A DNA stretch of 64,000 nt, from the IMG/VR virus record IMGVR_UViG_3300043449_002710, positions 124,001-188,000 of that record; one strand, 5' to 3'. Under the pieces are notes generated by a model, which did not search any database, had not been told where the DNA came from, and saw nothing but the letters and a program-made list of their open reading frames with translations. This document shows positions 36,030-47,000 of the stretch, piece by piece (position 1 is the first letter of the stretch; the number at the start of each line of letters is the position of its first letter). The position numbers were made by a program, and so were the translations under genes.

Positions 36030-38444
36030 TCAGATCCGGTAAGCACCGCTGACGTAGAGGATGTCCCCAGCTTCAAGAGCTTCTGGACCGCCTGTAGCCA
36101 CGTCATTTGCGAAGGTGACCACTGTGACGCCACCCACAACCGAGAGGGTGTAATCGTCGCTAGCACCTGCGTTCAACATGAGGCGACCCACGTTGACAAC
36201 CAACGAATCCACTTCGTAGTTGTGAGCGAGAGTCACAGCCTGCAAGCTGATTTCAGCAGCGCCGAGAACGTGCTTTTCTTTATCGAAGAGATAATGATCT
36301 GCTTCGAGAGAGAGAACACGAGAACTCAAGCTACCTTCAGCAATCATAGCGCGGCTGTACTCGTCGGCGACTGCTCCGTAGAGCGAGGTCTCAGCGATAA
36401 CAGCGCGGCTATACTCGTCGGCAACTGCACCAGCGCTGATTGCAGCCAAAGACTGTTCAGCGATGTAAGCACGGCTGTACTCAGCAGCGACTGCTCCATA
36501 GAGCGAGGTCTCAGCGATAACAGCACGGCTATACTCTTCTGCCACAGAAGCTGTGCCCAACATTGCCAAGGACTGCTCAGCAATATAAGCGCGGCTATAC
36601 TCAGCGGCGACTGCTCCGTAGAGCGAGGTCTCAGCGATAACAGCACGGCTATACTCTTCTGCCACAGAAGCTGTGCCCAACATTGCCAAGGACTGTTCAG
36701 CGATGTAGGCACGGCTATACTCAGCAGCGAGATTAGCTTGGAGTGTAGTCTCAGCCAAGTATGCCCGGGTATATTCAGCGGCAATCGCTGCTTGGCCAGA
36801 GCCTTCAACCACAGTCAACTGCTTCAAGTTAACAGCATCACCTAGTTGATTGCCATCTGCTACTTCAACAATTCTCCTATTGTGAATCCAGATTCTATCT
36901 AAATAACCATAAGAGATAGCTGGAGAACCACCCCCATCACTAAATGTTCTGTTAGAAACATCCCAGTTAGCGGTCGTTCCAACTTGGACATAATTCGCAT
37001 AAAGAGCATTAAATGCAGTAGCCCCACTACCAATAGCAAGACCACCAACCCCGGCCACAATACTACCGGTCATCGTACCGCCAGCCAAAGGAAGCTTGGT
37101 TGCTTCAGCGGCAAATGCACGGCTGTACTCAGCAGCAAGATTAGCTTGGAGTGTTGTTTCAGCTAAAACAGCACGGCTATACTCTGCTACCAGATTAGCC
37201 TGGAGTGTTGTCTCAGCCAAAACAGCGCGGCTGTATTCATTGGTGATGCTGTTCAGAACATTCGTCGAGACAGTCAACTGATCGCCAACTGTGGTGATTG
37301 TTGTACCATCAACCAGAACATTCAGAATGTTTCCAGACCAAGCCAAAGCCACACCGGCTTCAATAGCGCCTGGGCCAGCAAACTCAATCCAGCTAGAGGA
37401 TGTCGAGCTGTAAACGTAGTTGTGACCGAAAGAATACGAATTATCTTCGTTCACAAATACGGCTTGGCCGTTATTCGGAGTGATAGTGGTGTAAGTCAGC
37501 GGAGAAAGAGTAGCGACAACAACGATGTCGTTTTCTTTACCTGCCAAGCCACCAGTTGCTGTTCCACCTTCAAAAGCAACACCAAAGCGATCACCAACTG
37601 CAACCAGACCTAAGTCCACCCAAACAGAGCCCACGGCGTCCCAACGGACAGCGTGGCCTTCTAAACCAGTCCAAGCACCTGTGGCAGTGGCTGCAACGAT
37701 GTAGACAAGTTTAGGATCTGGGGAACCCGGAGGTGTTGCCAGATTATCGGAGATCAGGTTTGGATCGAGGATCGGATCGAGCCAAACAAGGCCGTTGACG
37801 ACAGCGTCGAGCTGAGCTTTGTTCACAGCATCGTAAGCATTCACACCGTCAGCCAGATTGATGATCTTCTGACGGGTTTCGCTGTTCATGTCGAGAGCGC
37901 CTGTCATCGGACGTGTGCCATCGAGCAGCAAGAAGGTCGCTTCGGCGGCAAGTGCGCGGCTAACTTCCGAATCCAGACCCATCTGCAGGGTGGTTTCAGC
38001 TAAAACAGCGCGGCTATACTCGTCGGCAACTGCACCAGCACCACTGGAGGCCAGAGATTGCTCGGCAAGGAAAGCCCGGCTGTACTCAGCGGCAACCGCT
38101 GCGTAGAGTGATGTCTCAGCTACGACAGCGCGGGTGGTTTCTTCATCTAAACTGCCAGAGAGAACTGTCAGATTAGAATCCAGATTACCTGCCAAGGTGT
38201 TGAGGCTTTGTTCTGCGATATAAGCGCGGCTGTACTCAGCGGCGAGATTAGCTTGGAGTGTAGCTTCGGCCAAAACAGCGCGGCTATACTCTTCACCCAA
38301 GGCTACCTGCAAAGAACCTTCAACCAGAGAGGCGCGAGTAATCTCAGCGTCCAACTGGCTAGTTAGAGCGATGGAACTATCGACTTTAGAAGCGTCGATT
38401 GCTCCATCGAGGATAAATTTTCTTTTGATTTGAGACACTGACAT
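36030..38444 (-). CDS. Long fibre protein with AEYSRAxxAExxL coiled-coil repeats and YadA-like necks
   Basis: More than 15 EYSRA-type repeats; DAVNKAQL and DAVNLKQL neck motifs; 120-bp DNA tandem duplication around 36490..36730. Confidence 0.72.
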   Translation of the reverse strand: MSVSQIKRKFILDGAIDASKVDSSIALTSQLDAEITRASLVEGSLQVALGEEYSRAVLAEATLQANLAAEYSRAYIAEQSLNTLAGNLDSNLTVLSGSLDEETTRAVVAETSLYAAVAAEYSRAFLAEQSLASSGAGAVADEYSRAVLAETTLQMGLDSEVSRALAAEATFLLLDGTRPMTGALDMNSETRQKIINLADGVNAYDAVNKAQLDAVVNGLVWLDPILDPNLISDNLATPPGSPDPKLVYIVAATATGAWTGLEGHAVRWDAVGSVWVDLGLVAVGDRFGVAFEGGTATGGLAGKENDIVVVATLSPLTYTTITPNNGQAVFVNEDNSYSFGHNYVYSSTSSSWIEFAGPGAIEAGVALAWSGNILNVLVDGTTITTVGDQLTVSTNVLNSITNEYSRAVLAETTLQANLVAEYSRAVLAETTLQANLAAEYSRAFAAEATKLPLAGGTMTGSIVAGVGGLAIGSGATAFNALYANYVQVGTTANWDVSNRTFSDGGGSPAISYGYLDRIWIHNRRIVEVADGNQLGDAVNLKQLTVVEGSGQAAIAAEYTRAYLAETTLQANLAAEYSRAYIAEQSLAMLGTASVAEEYSRAVIAETSLYGAVAAEYSRAYIAEQSLAMLGTASVAEEYSRAVIAETSLYGAVAAEYSRAYIAEQSLAAISAGAVADEYSRAVIAETSLYGAVADEYSRAMIAEGSLSSRVLSLEADHYLFDKEKHVLGAAEISLQAVTLAHNYEVDSLVVNVGRLMLNAGASDDYTLSVVGGVTVVTFANDVATGGPEALEAGDILYVSGAYRI

Positions 38445-38780
38445 GAATAATTCTCCTTACAGACCTACCTTGTCTGCATTTAGGTTATTGGCGATGCGAT
38501 ACCACAATTAAAAATAAGACTGTTTTAAAAGATGGTTAAAAGAAATTGGGACTGAAATAAATAGGCTACTAAGAAAAATCCGGAAAGAGTTAAGGCGTAC
38601 TACAAAGCCAGAATATACTCTGAAAAAGAAAAGGCAGAAGCTAGAGAACGCGCTCGTTTTGTGGCGAATTAACAATCGGTAACAGAACAGAACAGTAACT
38701 ATCTCCATTCAAGATTATAGGCCCTACGTTTTTCCTTAGATTCGTCTTCAGAAGACACTATTTTTTAACCTCAAATAATA

Positions 38781-38816
38781 TTGGTCCTTTGAGGAACAAC
38801 CCCAAAGGACCAAAAA
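38781..38816 (-). terminator. Rho-independent terminator
   Basis: TTGGTCCTTTG...CAAAGGACCAA inverted repeat. Confidence 0.7.
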
Positions 38817-38824
38817 TTCAAGAT

Positions 38825-39586
38825 TCAAGATTTTTTCACTAATTGACGTGCATATTCTTTTGAGCCGTAAGCTTCTTCGAAATACTTCTGAAGCTTAGCG
38901 GATTCGTTTGGAGCTTTTTCAGCAGCTTGCGCTTGAAGATCCAAAACCGCTTCTTTGGCGATCACGGCTTCCTTGCCTTCTTTGGTCTTGGCTTTGAAGC
39001 CGCCTTTGATGGAAGCTGTGATTTCGAGAGGCTGAACTTCGCCTTTGAAGTAAGCTTTCACTAAATCGCCTGCGCCGATCATCTCTTTGGCAATCGCAAC
39101 AGAGGCGAGAGAGACTGAAGGGGTTTCGGTAACGAACATCCGGTTACGGCGAGCAGCAATGATCTGCTCGATGTTTTCTTTGCCGATCTTGGCTAGGACT
39201 TTCTTACCGTCCTGATCTTTGACTTCCCAGTGGTCGCCCAAGGCATTGTCGAGGTACATCATGCCTGCAATCACAGGGGTCATCTTCGACTTGTCCTGAG
39301 CTTCGCTCATTTCACGAGTCGGGACATTGAGCTTGGCCACGATCGAAACCGAGGTCGGCTTGATCGAGCAAGAAGCCATGACTGGCATGATCTTGCCTTC
39401 GAAAGTCTTGGCGAAAAAGCGTTCAATGTCATCACCCTTGGGGCGACCGAGCTTCGGTTCATATTCAATCAGAACGTGTGCGGAAACGGCATCCAATTTT
39501 TGGAAGTCCGCAATGTCCAAGTCCCCTCTGACGCCTGTAGCGAAAGAGGCTGCGACGACTTTTTTGTAGACCCTGTCAAAATTCAT
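38825..39586 (-). CDS. Putative head/core structural protein
   Basis: Biased codons, late-type motif, SD AAGGAG, several hydrophobic-x-A motifs. Confidence 0.55.
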   Translation of the reverse strand: MNFDRVYKKVVAASFATGVRGDLDIADFQKLDAVSAHVLIEYEPKLGRPKGDDIERFFAKTFEGKIMPVMASCSIKPTSVSIVAKLNVPTREMSEAQDKSKMTPVIAGMMYLDNALGDHWEVKDQDGKKVLAKIGKENIEQIIAARRNRMFVTETPSVSLASVAIAKEMIGAGDLVKAYFKGEVQPLEITASIKGGFKAKTKEGKEAVIAKEAVLDLQAQAAEKAPNESAKLQKYFEEAYGSKEYARQLVKKS

Positions 39587-39654
39587 TTCCGTCTCCTTGA
39601 AGAACTTTAATCAAAAACTTTTTCTAATTTAATAATAACCTATGTTTTAAAGCG

Positions 39655-42246
39655 TTAACGCGCACCAACACCTAATCGGTTATTGGTGTTAAACTGTTGA
39701 GTTGCGGCTGTACCAATATCGAGCACAAGCTTTTGTGTTTGAGATGTTCCAACAATCTGTCCGTTCACATAGATGGGTGGAGCGGCTGCATTGGTAACAG
39801 CCCCAGGTACGGCGGTCGGAGATGCGGCAGACATCGGCATTGGTGCCTGGGCAACTGGTGTCGCAGCTATTTCCCCAGAATAGGCAGTTGGGACTTTTGG
39901 AACTAAAATAGTTTTCTTGGATTCAACCGGAAAAATTTGATCTATTGTTTTAGAACTAGCCAAATTAACTGAATCGGAAATATTTTCTACTGAGTTCTCT
40001 AAAAGATTTTTTTCACTGGCGGATCTTAATTTATTAATTTGCTCTAGAAGAGGGGCAACCATTTTTTCATGCCGAGCCTTTTCGTAAGCTCTGTCTTCTG
40101 GTGTTTTAGCTTTTTTTAACCTCTCCAAATAATTTTGATCTTCAATGTCTTTTTTAGCAGAGTATTCTTCGATTTGTTTGTTTCGGCTGTATTGGTCAAA
40201 AATAGATAATCCCATCGATGCGGCTGCGGCAACACCAACAGCGGTCGCCCCGCCTGAAAACTTTGCTATCAATAAACCTAGAATTCCAGCTACACCAACC
40301 GAAATTTTACCTACGTTAGTATCTAACGCAGTTATAGCTTGTTGCAAACCTCCGCCAGTTAACCAAGTTCTGGCGACATTCTTTTTCTTCTCTTCTTCCG
40401 CAATTTGCTTCATTTTTTCTTCAGAGCCTTGAAGGTTATCTAATTTCTCTTGTAAATGTGCGGCCAAAGATTGGTCTCCCTTGGATTTAGCTATTTCTAA
40501 ATCTTTTTTAACCGCCTCAATCGCTTCTTCTCGCTTCTTTTTAATCTGTTCTTCAGAGGTGCCTAGAGCTTTCTTTTCTTTCTCCATCAGAATGCCTTCG
40601 ATTTTCTTTTTCAATTCGAACCGATGCTCTTCTTTTTTATAGTATTCAGCAGATGCCTCTTCCATCCCGTACATAAGCTTAATCTGCTCTTTGCTGAGAT
40701 TTTTAAAATTGTTTGCTTGCTCCGTCGCTTGCTTGCCGAGCTTTGCTTGTTGAACCATTTGATCCGCAACTAGCGGATCTGTAATTCCATAAATTTGTTG
40801 AATCGCTTGGACTGCGTTAGCGCCACTTTTTGAAACAATGTCATTGATGGATTTTTCCATAGCTTCAATGCCCACCCCAGTATCTTGTAGTAAGCGTTGA
40901 ACCATTTGTTGTTTAGTATACTCAGAAGCTTTATTGCTTGGGCTCATGATTGCAGCAATTTGTTTAGAAAGCCCAGGCTTGGCAGCCTCTAGTTGATCCC
41001 GCAAAGCCCCTGTAATATTTGAACCCGCCATTGAAGCTCGGATCGTTTTTGAGAGATCTCTGCCAGATAAAATTCTAGTCCAATCGGGGGCTTCTGTAGT
41101 CAACTTTTTGATGTAAGTTGTAGCGCCTTTCAGAGAAGCTTCGTAACTATAACCTTGAGCTTGCAAAGCCACCATGTTTTTGGTGATCATTTTTGCTAGT
41201 AAATCTTGCTCCTGAGCGCCGGATTGCGATTCTCTAGCTAAATCAAAAATAACTTTGGTGACATCTCTACCGATGATTACTGTTTTTTGTAATTCTGTGT
41301 TCGTGCTCTGAGTAATGTCACGGATGTTTTTTAAAACCATAGCAGATTGAGTGCCTGTTCTTCCGAATTTTAAATTCGCTTCCACAACATAATCTGTAGC
41401 ATCGCCCAAGGATACTTGGAGAGCGGAAGCTAAGTAACCGGTAACCTCGGTGAGGTTTTCCATGCTCTCAGCGGAATGATCAGACCAAGCTGTGATTTGA
41501 GAGAATCTTTTGAAGGAATCAGCAGTTTCTTCGGCTGAAATACCCAAACCCGCCATAGCTATTTGAGCTTTTCCCAGACTCCAACTGTAATCCTTTGCTC
41601 TATCTGCTAAAACCTTAAAGTCATCGTTTATATTTCCAGTCATCCCGATGAATGAACCGGAAGTGAGAGAAATATCTACTACGTCTTGTACTGCTCTACC
41701 CGCGCCTTTCAGCCCTGAAATCAATCTTTCAGTAGAAAGAATCCACCCGAGAGCCTGAGCCACACCGGAAGAAAAAAGCTTTCCTAAAAGACCAACCGAT
41801 TTTTTTGTTTCTTCTAAAGCTCCTTTTTGAGCTTTTATCTGCCGCTCAGTAATGCTGAGTTGAGCTTCTTCTTTTCTGATCTTTTCACCCAAAGCTTCCA
41901 AGGATTTTTTTTCTAAGGCTAAGCGCTCCTTAAGGTCTTTAGTTTCTTCTTCCTTGGCCGATTCAATGCTTTTTTCAAGTTCTTTGATTTTATCAAGTTG
42001 AGAAATTCTATCTACATAAAGCTTAGATAGCTTTCCCTCGATAACCAAAGCTTCTTTAGACCCTTTGGCGATAGCATCGTAAATGGATGCCAAAGTGTTG
42101 AGCTGCTTAGATGCTGCTGTTGCCCCAGTTTTGGCTGCCTCCGCTGCTTTTCTGGCAAAGACATCTGCAGTAGCTTCAGCCGATTTGATGGTCGCTTCTA
42201 AGCCTTTGATCGCGGCATTAGCTTGATCTATATTCTTCTCAGCCAT
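39655..42246 (-). CDS. Tape-measure-like tail protein
   Basis: Long helical A/K/Q-rich protein with hydrophobic Gly-rich segments, downstream of the frameshifting chaperone. Confidence 0.6.
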   Translation of the reverse strand: MAEKNIDQANAAIKGLEATIKSAEATADVFARKAAEAAKTGATAASKQLNTLASIYDAIAKGSKEALVIEGKLSKLYVDRISQLDKIKELEKSIESAKEEETKDLKERLALEKKSLEALGEKIRKEEAQLSITERQIKAQKGALEETKKSVGLLGKLFSSGVAQALGWILSTERLISGLKGAGRAVQDVVDISLTSGSFIGMTGNINDDFKVLADRAKDYSWSLGKAQIAMAGLGISAEETADSFKRFSQITAWSDHSAESMENLTEVTGYLASALQVSLGDATDYVVEANLKFGRTGTQSAMVLKNIRDITQSTNTELQKTVIIGRDVTKVIFDLARESQSGAQEQDLLAKMITKNMVALQAQGYSYEASLKGATTYIKKLTTEAPDWTRILSGRDLSKTIRASMAGSNITGALRDQLEAAKPGLSKQIAAIMSPSNKASEYTKQQMVQRLLQDTGVGIEAMEKSINDIVSKSGANAVQAIQQIYGITDPLVADQMVQQAKLGKQATEQANNFKNLSKEQIKLMYGMEEASAEYYKKEEHRFELKKKIEGILMEKEKKALGTSEEQIKKKREEAIEAVKKDLEIAKSKGDQSLAAHLQEKLDNLQGSEEKMKQIAEEEKKKNVARTWLTGGGLQQAITALDTNVGKISVGVAGILGLLIAKFSGGATAVGVAAAASMGLSIFDQYSRNKQIEEYSAKKDIEDQNYLERLKKAKTPEDRAYEKARHEKMVAPLLEQINKLRSASEKNLLENSVENISDSVNLASSKTIDQIFPVESKKTILVPKVPTAYSGEIAATPVAQAPMPMSAASPTAVPGAVTNAAAPPIYVNGQIVGTSQTQKLVLDIGTAATQQFNTNNRLGVGAR

Positions 42247-43331
42247 TAGCGCCTCTTGTACTGATCAGCATTCATGGTCTGATCGATCACATTGTCAGAA
42301 AGCCCAAAAACATCTCGCAATAATAATTTGAGTGTATGAGAAGAACCCGTAAATAGAAGGTTTGCCTCCTCGGACTGTTCTTCATAATCCACGATCTTAG
42401 TTGTGTTTTCAGTTAACCCCTCTTTGGAAAGCCAATCGGATAATTTTTGACGATCCACTGGGATCGTTTCAATAGAGATCTTGCTCAGGGGTATGGCTCT
42501 TTTTAGGGTTTGAACTTTCTCGGGTTCTTCTTGAGTCTTTTTCTGCTCTTCTGTTTTCGTTTTCTGAACTAAGGGCTTCCCACTTTTGATCTTTTTGATG
42601 GCGTCTTCTTTGAATCCGATCTTTTTAAGAAGCTCTTCTGCGAGATCCTTAGGTCCACTATAAGAAAGTTCTTTGGTGTCCTTGTCAAAGTGGATGGAGT
42701 CAGGCCCGTCAAAATAAAAATCCTTGTCCTGATAAAAGCGAGTGACCAAGGTTTCAATCTGGTCCTCGGTCTTTGGGCTCAAAAGATTTTCTGAATGAAC
42801 TAAGACCGTAAACTGAATGTCAGCTAATTGGTTGGCTTGCTCTTTCTTAGCTTGTTCAAGAAGCTTATTAGCTTCATTTTCTTTCATTCCAAAAGAATTG
42901 AGCAACGACTCGGCAATATCCAAAGGACCTTGGTAGCTGAGTTTTAAGCTCTCGGGCTCGAACTTGACATCATTGGGGCTATCAAATCGTAACCTGTTCT
43001 CCGTGTAGAAAAGAGCTACTTTTTTCTCGATCTCCTGGGGAGTCTTGGGTGTGGATAGTTTCTCTGGAGTAAGCTTAACTTGAAACTCTATTTTATCCTT
43101 AGAGCGCTCCACTCGGAGCAATCGCTCCAGCTCTTCGGGCTCTAAATCCAGAAGATTTCTCTTTTGTAACAATTCTCTGACCCAAGGCGAGTCTTTAGTT
43201 TGAGTATACCGTGTCTTAATCTTGTTAACTAAATCGTCTATTTTACCAGCCAACACCCGTTGGAAAGCTCGGGTGCTTTTGGTGTCGGCGGAACCTGTCA
43301 GAAAATGCAAAAGGGTATTCCTTGAAGGCAT
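42246..43331 (-). CDS. Hypothetical protein with internal domain repeat
   Basis: Two FY..F.D.P..F..LSY.GP.D.AE.LL...G units and a degenerate third. Confidence 0.6.
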   Translation of the reverse strand: MPSRNTLLHFLTGSADTKSTRAFQRVLAGKIDDLVNKIKTRYTQTKDSPWVRELLQKRNLLDLEPEELERLLRVERSKDKIEFQVKLTPEKLSTPKTPQEIEKKVALFYTENRLRFDSPNDVKFEPESLKLSYQGPLDIAESLLNSFGMKENEANKLLEQAKKEQANQLADIQFTVLVHSENLLSPKTEDQIETLVTRFYQDKDFYFDGPDSIHFDKDTKELSYSGPKDLAEELLKKIGFKEDAIKKIKSGKPLVQKTKTEEQKKTQEEPEKVQTLKRAIPLSKISIETIPVDRQKLSDWLSKEGLTENTTKIVDYEEQSEEANLLFTGSSHTLKLLLRDVFGLSDNVIDQTMNADQYKRR

Positions 43332-43340
43332 ATATTAAAA

Positions 43341-44953
43341 CTAACCTTCACCTGTCGGGACTTTGGGAAGTTTCTTTTGCCCGAAGAAATCCAAGAACTC
43401 TTGCGGAGAAACCTTCGAAAGATCGACCACCACTTCATTGGGCGCTTTTTTATAGCCTGAGGGTAATACCATTCCAGCACTGCCAACCATCCGCATCAAA
43501 CCTTCCCTGAACTCGGGTCGGATCGCAAAGGCCAAAGGCACAAGCACCTTATCGGCATTCTTGTATTCAGCGGATTCCCCATTTTTTTTACCCCAGGACC
43601 TAATCTCACCGGCTGAGAAAGTGGTGCCCAGCAAGCGACCGATCTGGCCCAAGCGTTCGTTCTCAACTTCCTTGACCCAGAAATAAAGAAAGGCTCTTTC
43701 CTCTAGGCTTAGGTCCCTTAGTTCTTCCCAGCTACGGTTGGTGGCGGCCCAAAGATACCCGAGCACCGAAAGCTCGGGATCGTCCTTGGTCGCCTTTACT
43801 GCAAAGGGAGGGCTTCTACCTCAGAGGTCAAACCACGATCATCCATGGGGATGCCATGGATCTGGCAGAAGACTGGCACTCCTTTTTCCACCGCCAAGTC
43901 ATAAACTTCTTTGCAGTCATCTACAGGGCAGGTGAACTTTCTTTGCTTAGGATCAAAAGAGGATTTCAGTCCCAAGTCTTTGAAAGAAACTTCAAAGGCG
44001 GTGTAGATTTTTTCAACCAAGTTAGGATTAAAGGGGAACAAATTGTCCAGGGAGGGTTCTCCTTGGTACATCTCGATCAAGGTTTGGGCAGTCAGGATTC
44101 TAACCTCCGTGGGAGGATTCAAAGGGTCTTTGACCGAACCTTCTGGAACTAATTCAAGCACTTCAGCAATCGGCATTTTCTCAACTCGAACAATACCTGT
44201 GGCTGCCGTACAAAGCTTCAGCATCATTTTGACTGCTTCAGTTTGACCCGCTACTTCTTGGATCTTATTGAGAACCCAAGGATAAACAGAAGACGGTGGA
44301 GGTAGAAGCTCGAAACCCACGTCTTCAACTATCACTTCCACGGGCTTTACTCTTTCAAGTGAAAGTTTCTCGCGCATCTTTTTCAAGACCGGATTCACTT
44401 CTTTTTTGAAAGTCTTTGGGGTTGCCGCTGCCTGCGGCTGCGATTGTTGTTGCTGGGCTGCTTCTTTTTCAGCCTTTCTTTGTAGTTCGAGTTTTCTTTT
44501 TTTCAATTCCAATTCTTTCAACTCGATCTCAAGCAGTTCTTCTTCAGTCAAATTACTACCTTCTTCCAAAGCTTTGGGTTCTGATGCTGGGGTTTTTTCC
44601 ACGGGTTCCACTTTCTGTTCTAATTTTTTGCCCTTAGTCTTGAGTAATTCTTCTACTGTGATCCCTCGTTCTTTGGCGATCTCTCGCAAAGCGTACTCAT
44701 TCAACTCAGGATCAAATTTTCGAGTTTGATTCCCGGCAAAAGGTTCCTCGGGCTTTGCCTTTTCTTCCATGTATTTTGAAACTTGATCTTGGGGAATCAC
44801 CGGGAAAGGAGCAGGAGTAGGATCGCCTAGATCTTTTCTTTTATTAGTAGGGCGCTCTGGCATCTTGGGCTTTGAAGGCTGAAAATCATCCACCACAGGA
44901 CGTGCATCTTTAAATCGACTACCCATGGTCTGCTTGATCTTTTCGTCATCCAT
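43341..44953 (-). CDS. Tail assembly chaperone pair: G (43796..44953) and -1 frameshifted GT (about 537 aa)
   Basis: C CCT TTG heptamer at 43802..43808 two codons before the stop; -1 frame open into ORF 43341..43766. Confidence 0.75.
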
Positions 44954-45035
44954 CTACTAACACTCCGCAATAAGTTATCTGCTCGATGTCAGATATTTTA
45001 CTAATTTCGGTAAATCTTAATCAGAAGGACTTGAA

Positions 45036-45260
45036 ATGAGCAGGTTGCGACTTGAACTAGGAAAAATCTATCAAACCTTAGGGGCTGGTACTGTCACGAT
45101 TATCGAAAAGAAAATCACGGGCAGAAAAATCTTCACTGGCCAGCTTCAAGACGGAACCTTGATTCAATATTTCAGAAACGGAAGATTCTCCAATGCCTCT
45201 CAAAGAAAGGGAGGCCATCGTTTTGACATTGTCATAAAGCCTGTAGAAGTTTATCAATAG
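45036..45260 (+). CDS. Small hypothetical protein
   Basis: SD AAGGA; LELGKIYQT..G.V.I pattern. Confidence 0.55.
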   Translation: MSRLRLELGKIYQTLGAGTVTIIEKKITGRKIFTGQLQDGTLIQYFRNGRFSNASQRKGGHRFDIVIKPVEVYQ

Positions 45261-46104
45261 CCCCTGATTCGTGTGCTTTGGCAAGCAATTTTAAGAATTC
45301 ACAATAGCCTGCCTGATCCAAATACTTCCAGATCACTTCGGCGGGCTGAAATCTCTCAAATCTTCCCACATTCCGATCCAAGACAAACTTCTTTCGAAGC
45401 TCATCGTGCATCTTTTTTCTGCCTTGCCAAACCTCAACAAACTCTTCCACCAATCGATCCACGGCTTGTTTGACCGACAGCTTCTGAGTTTCAATCCTCT
45501 CGTCCACGATTTCAGGATCTCTTGGGTTTTCTTTCTGGGCTTGCAGGGCTTTCTTAAGGACCGACCATTGCCTAGAAACATTCCCCATCAAAAGATCGAT
45601 TTCTTCGGCTTTCTTTTCGGCCATTTCAATGATGGGCTTAAAATAAATCTCAGGATCAAAGTCCTTTGGAAGAATCAAAGGAGGAAGCTTCCAGCGATCC
45701 CGCATCACATCGTAGGAGGCATCGGCAACCTCAACTTGCTCGGTCTGATCCGATGGCTTCACAAAAAGATGGATGACATATCCAGCCCAGGGAATCTCGA
45801 CATTCTTGAAAGCCTCTTGAAGAATCTCTTCATCGCCTTTGAATTTTTCCCAATCAATGTAGCACGAACAGTCAATGTCAGCGCCGCTGTGATACTGATA
45901 AGTCGCCGCTCCGCCATACAACATGACGCCAATCAGATCCGCCCCAAACTTTTTTAGTCGGTAGCGAGCTTCTTTGAGAATCTCTGCGCGAAGCTTGGGC
46001 TGAAGCCTAGGGAGCGGCTTATCTTCTTCATAAAGCCACACCTCTGGCGGAAGAGTCTTGCGCGGAAAATCTAAAATCCCAGCTTCAATTACGTGAGCGG
46101 CCAT
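45232..46104 (-). CDS. Pol-beta-like nucleotidyltransferase with short VIEA leader
   Basis: LYGGAATYQYHSGADIDC; YDV..D.W; GTTATTTTT upstream. Confidence 0.7.
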   Translation of the reverse strand: MAAHVIEAGILDFPRKTLPPEVWLYEEDKPLPRLQPKLRAEILKEARYRLKKFGADLIGVMLYGGAATYQYHSGADIDCSCYIDWEKFKGDEEILQEAFKNVEIPWAGYVIHLFVKPSDQTEQVEVADASYDVMRDRWKLPPLILPKDFDPEIYFKPIIEMAEKKAEEIDLLMGNVSRQWSVLKKALQAQKENPRDPEIVDERIETQKLSVKQAVDRLVEEFVEVWQGRKKMHDELRKKFVLDRNVGRFERFQPAEVIWKYLDQAGYCEFLKLLAKAHESGAIDKLLQAL

Positions 46105-46149
46105 AACTTAAAATAACTCTAGGGATCAAGTTTCCTGGGGTGGGCATCC

Positions 46150-46228
46150 TAATTGCTTGATATAAATACGGTTTTTAAAAAAACTTCCCTGTTGACTGTC
46201 TTTATAAATATATTTATATTGATAATAT
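46150..46228 (+). promoter_or_regulatory. Sigma70-like promoter with IHF-like site and shared 20-mer
   Basis: TTGACT-17-TATATT; TATCAAGCAATTA on minus strand at 46150..46162. Confidence 0.65.
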
Positions 46229-47000
46229 GACAATGCGTAAGATTCAAATTTTTGAGCAAGACCAAAAGTACCGCAAAGACTTGAGCGATTTTTTGATTAT
46301 GGTCCATGGGGCCAAGAGCACCGAGGATGCTTCCGTTTTGGAAGTTCCAGAGGAATTGGACGTGGATGCTTTTCACGGCATCAAGTTGGTGGACACCAAT
46401 GCGCCCAAGCTGCCGCTCATCCAACCTGCGGTTCCGTTCAAGGATCGGCATCCTGAGGTGGTCGAATGGCTCAATAACTACAAAGGCAATTTTGAATTTT
46501 ACTTGAGCTTAAAGTCTCAGCTTGAAGCCAAAGGCAGTTTGTCTGAAAAGCAGGTCGATGCGGTCAAACGTGCTATCGATAAGGACGTGCAGCGAGCGAG
46601 CAAACGGACTTTATCCACAAGTTCTCAAACCGTTCGCTTGTCTTTGTCTGCAGGCGAGATTTTGTTGATCTCCAAATTCTTCGCCCGAAAGCTTGCTGAG
46701 CAAGCAGGTGCAATCCGCCCACACTATGTCTTTGAGGTTTTATCCGTCGAAGCAGAGACTGAGAAAGCTTACAAAGTGAAGCTCCGCATGACTGCTCAAC
46801 GGACCAGCCATTGCGGAGTTTGCGGTTTGACTCTGACGAATCCCGAGTCGGTGGCGGCAGGTATTGGACCGATTTGCGCTGAAAATACCGGAATCTCTTT
46901 CGGGGCTAATTCGTCCTTGGAACTAGCCGAAGCTTTAAAAGAAACCCGCGAGATCGATACTTGGCTACCTAAGAGCGTGATCAAATCGAGGCTGTCTTAA
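46227..47000 (+). CDS. DUF6011-like zinc-finger protein
   Basis: FYLSLKSQL...LSEKQ; [23 protein letters not shown]. Confidence 0.8.
   Translation: MTMRKIQIFEQDQKYRKDLSDFLIMVHGAKSTEDASVLEVPEELDVDAFHGIKLVDTNAPKLPLIQPAVPFKDRHPEVVEWLNNYKGNFEFYLSLKSQLEAKGSLSEKQVDAVKRAIDKDVQRASKRTLSTSSQTVRLSLSAGEILLISKFFARKLAEQAGAIRPHYVFEVLSVEAETEKAYKVKLRMTAQRTSHCGVCGLTLTNPESVAAGIGPICAENTGISFGANSSLELAEALKETREIDTWLPKSVIKSRLS

Noticed and set aside
36340-36760. Regular DNA repeats resembling a CRISPR array
   Set aside because: In-frame coding repeats of the EYSRA fibre; no unique spacers or cas genes.
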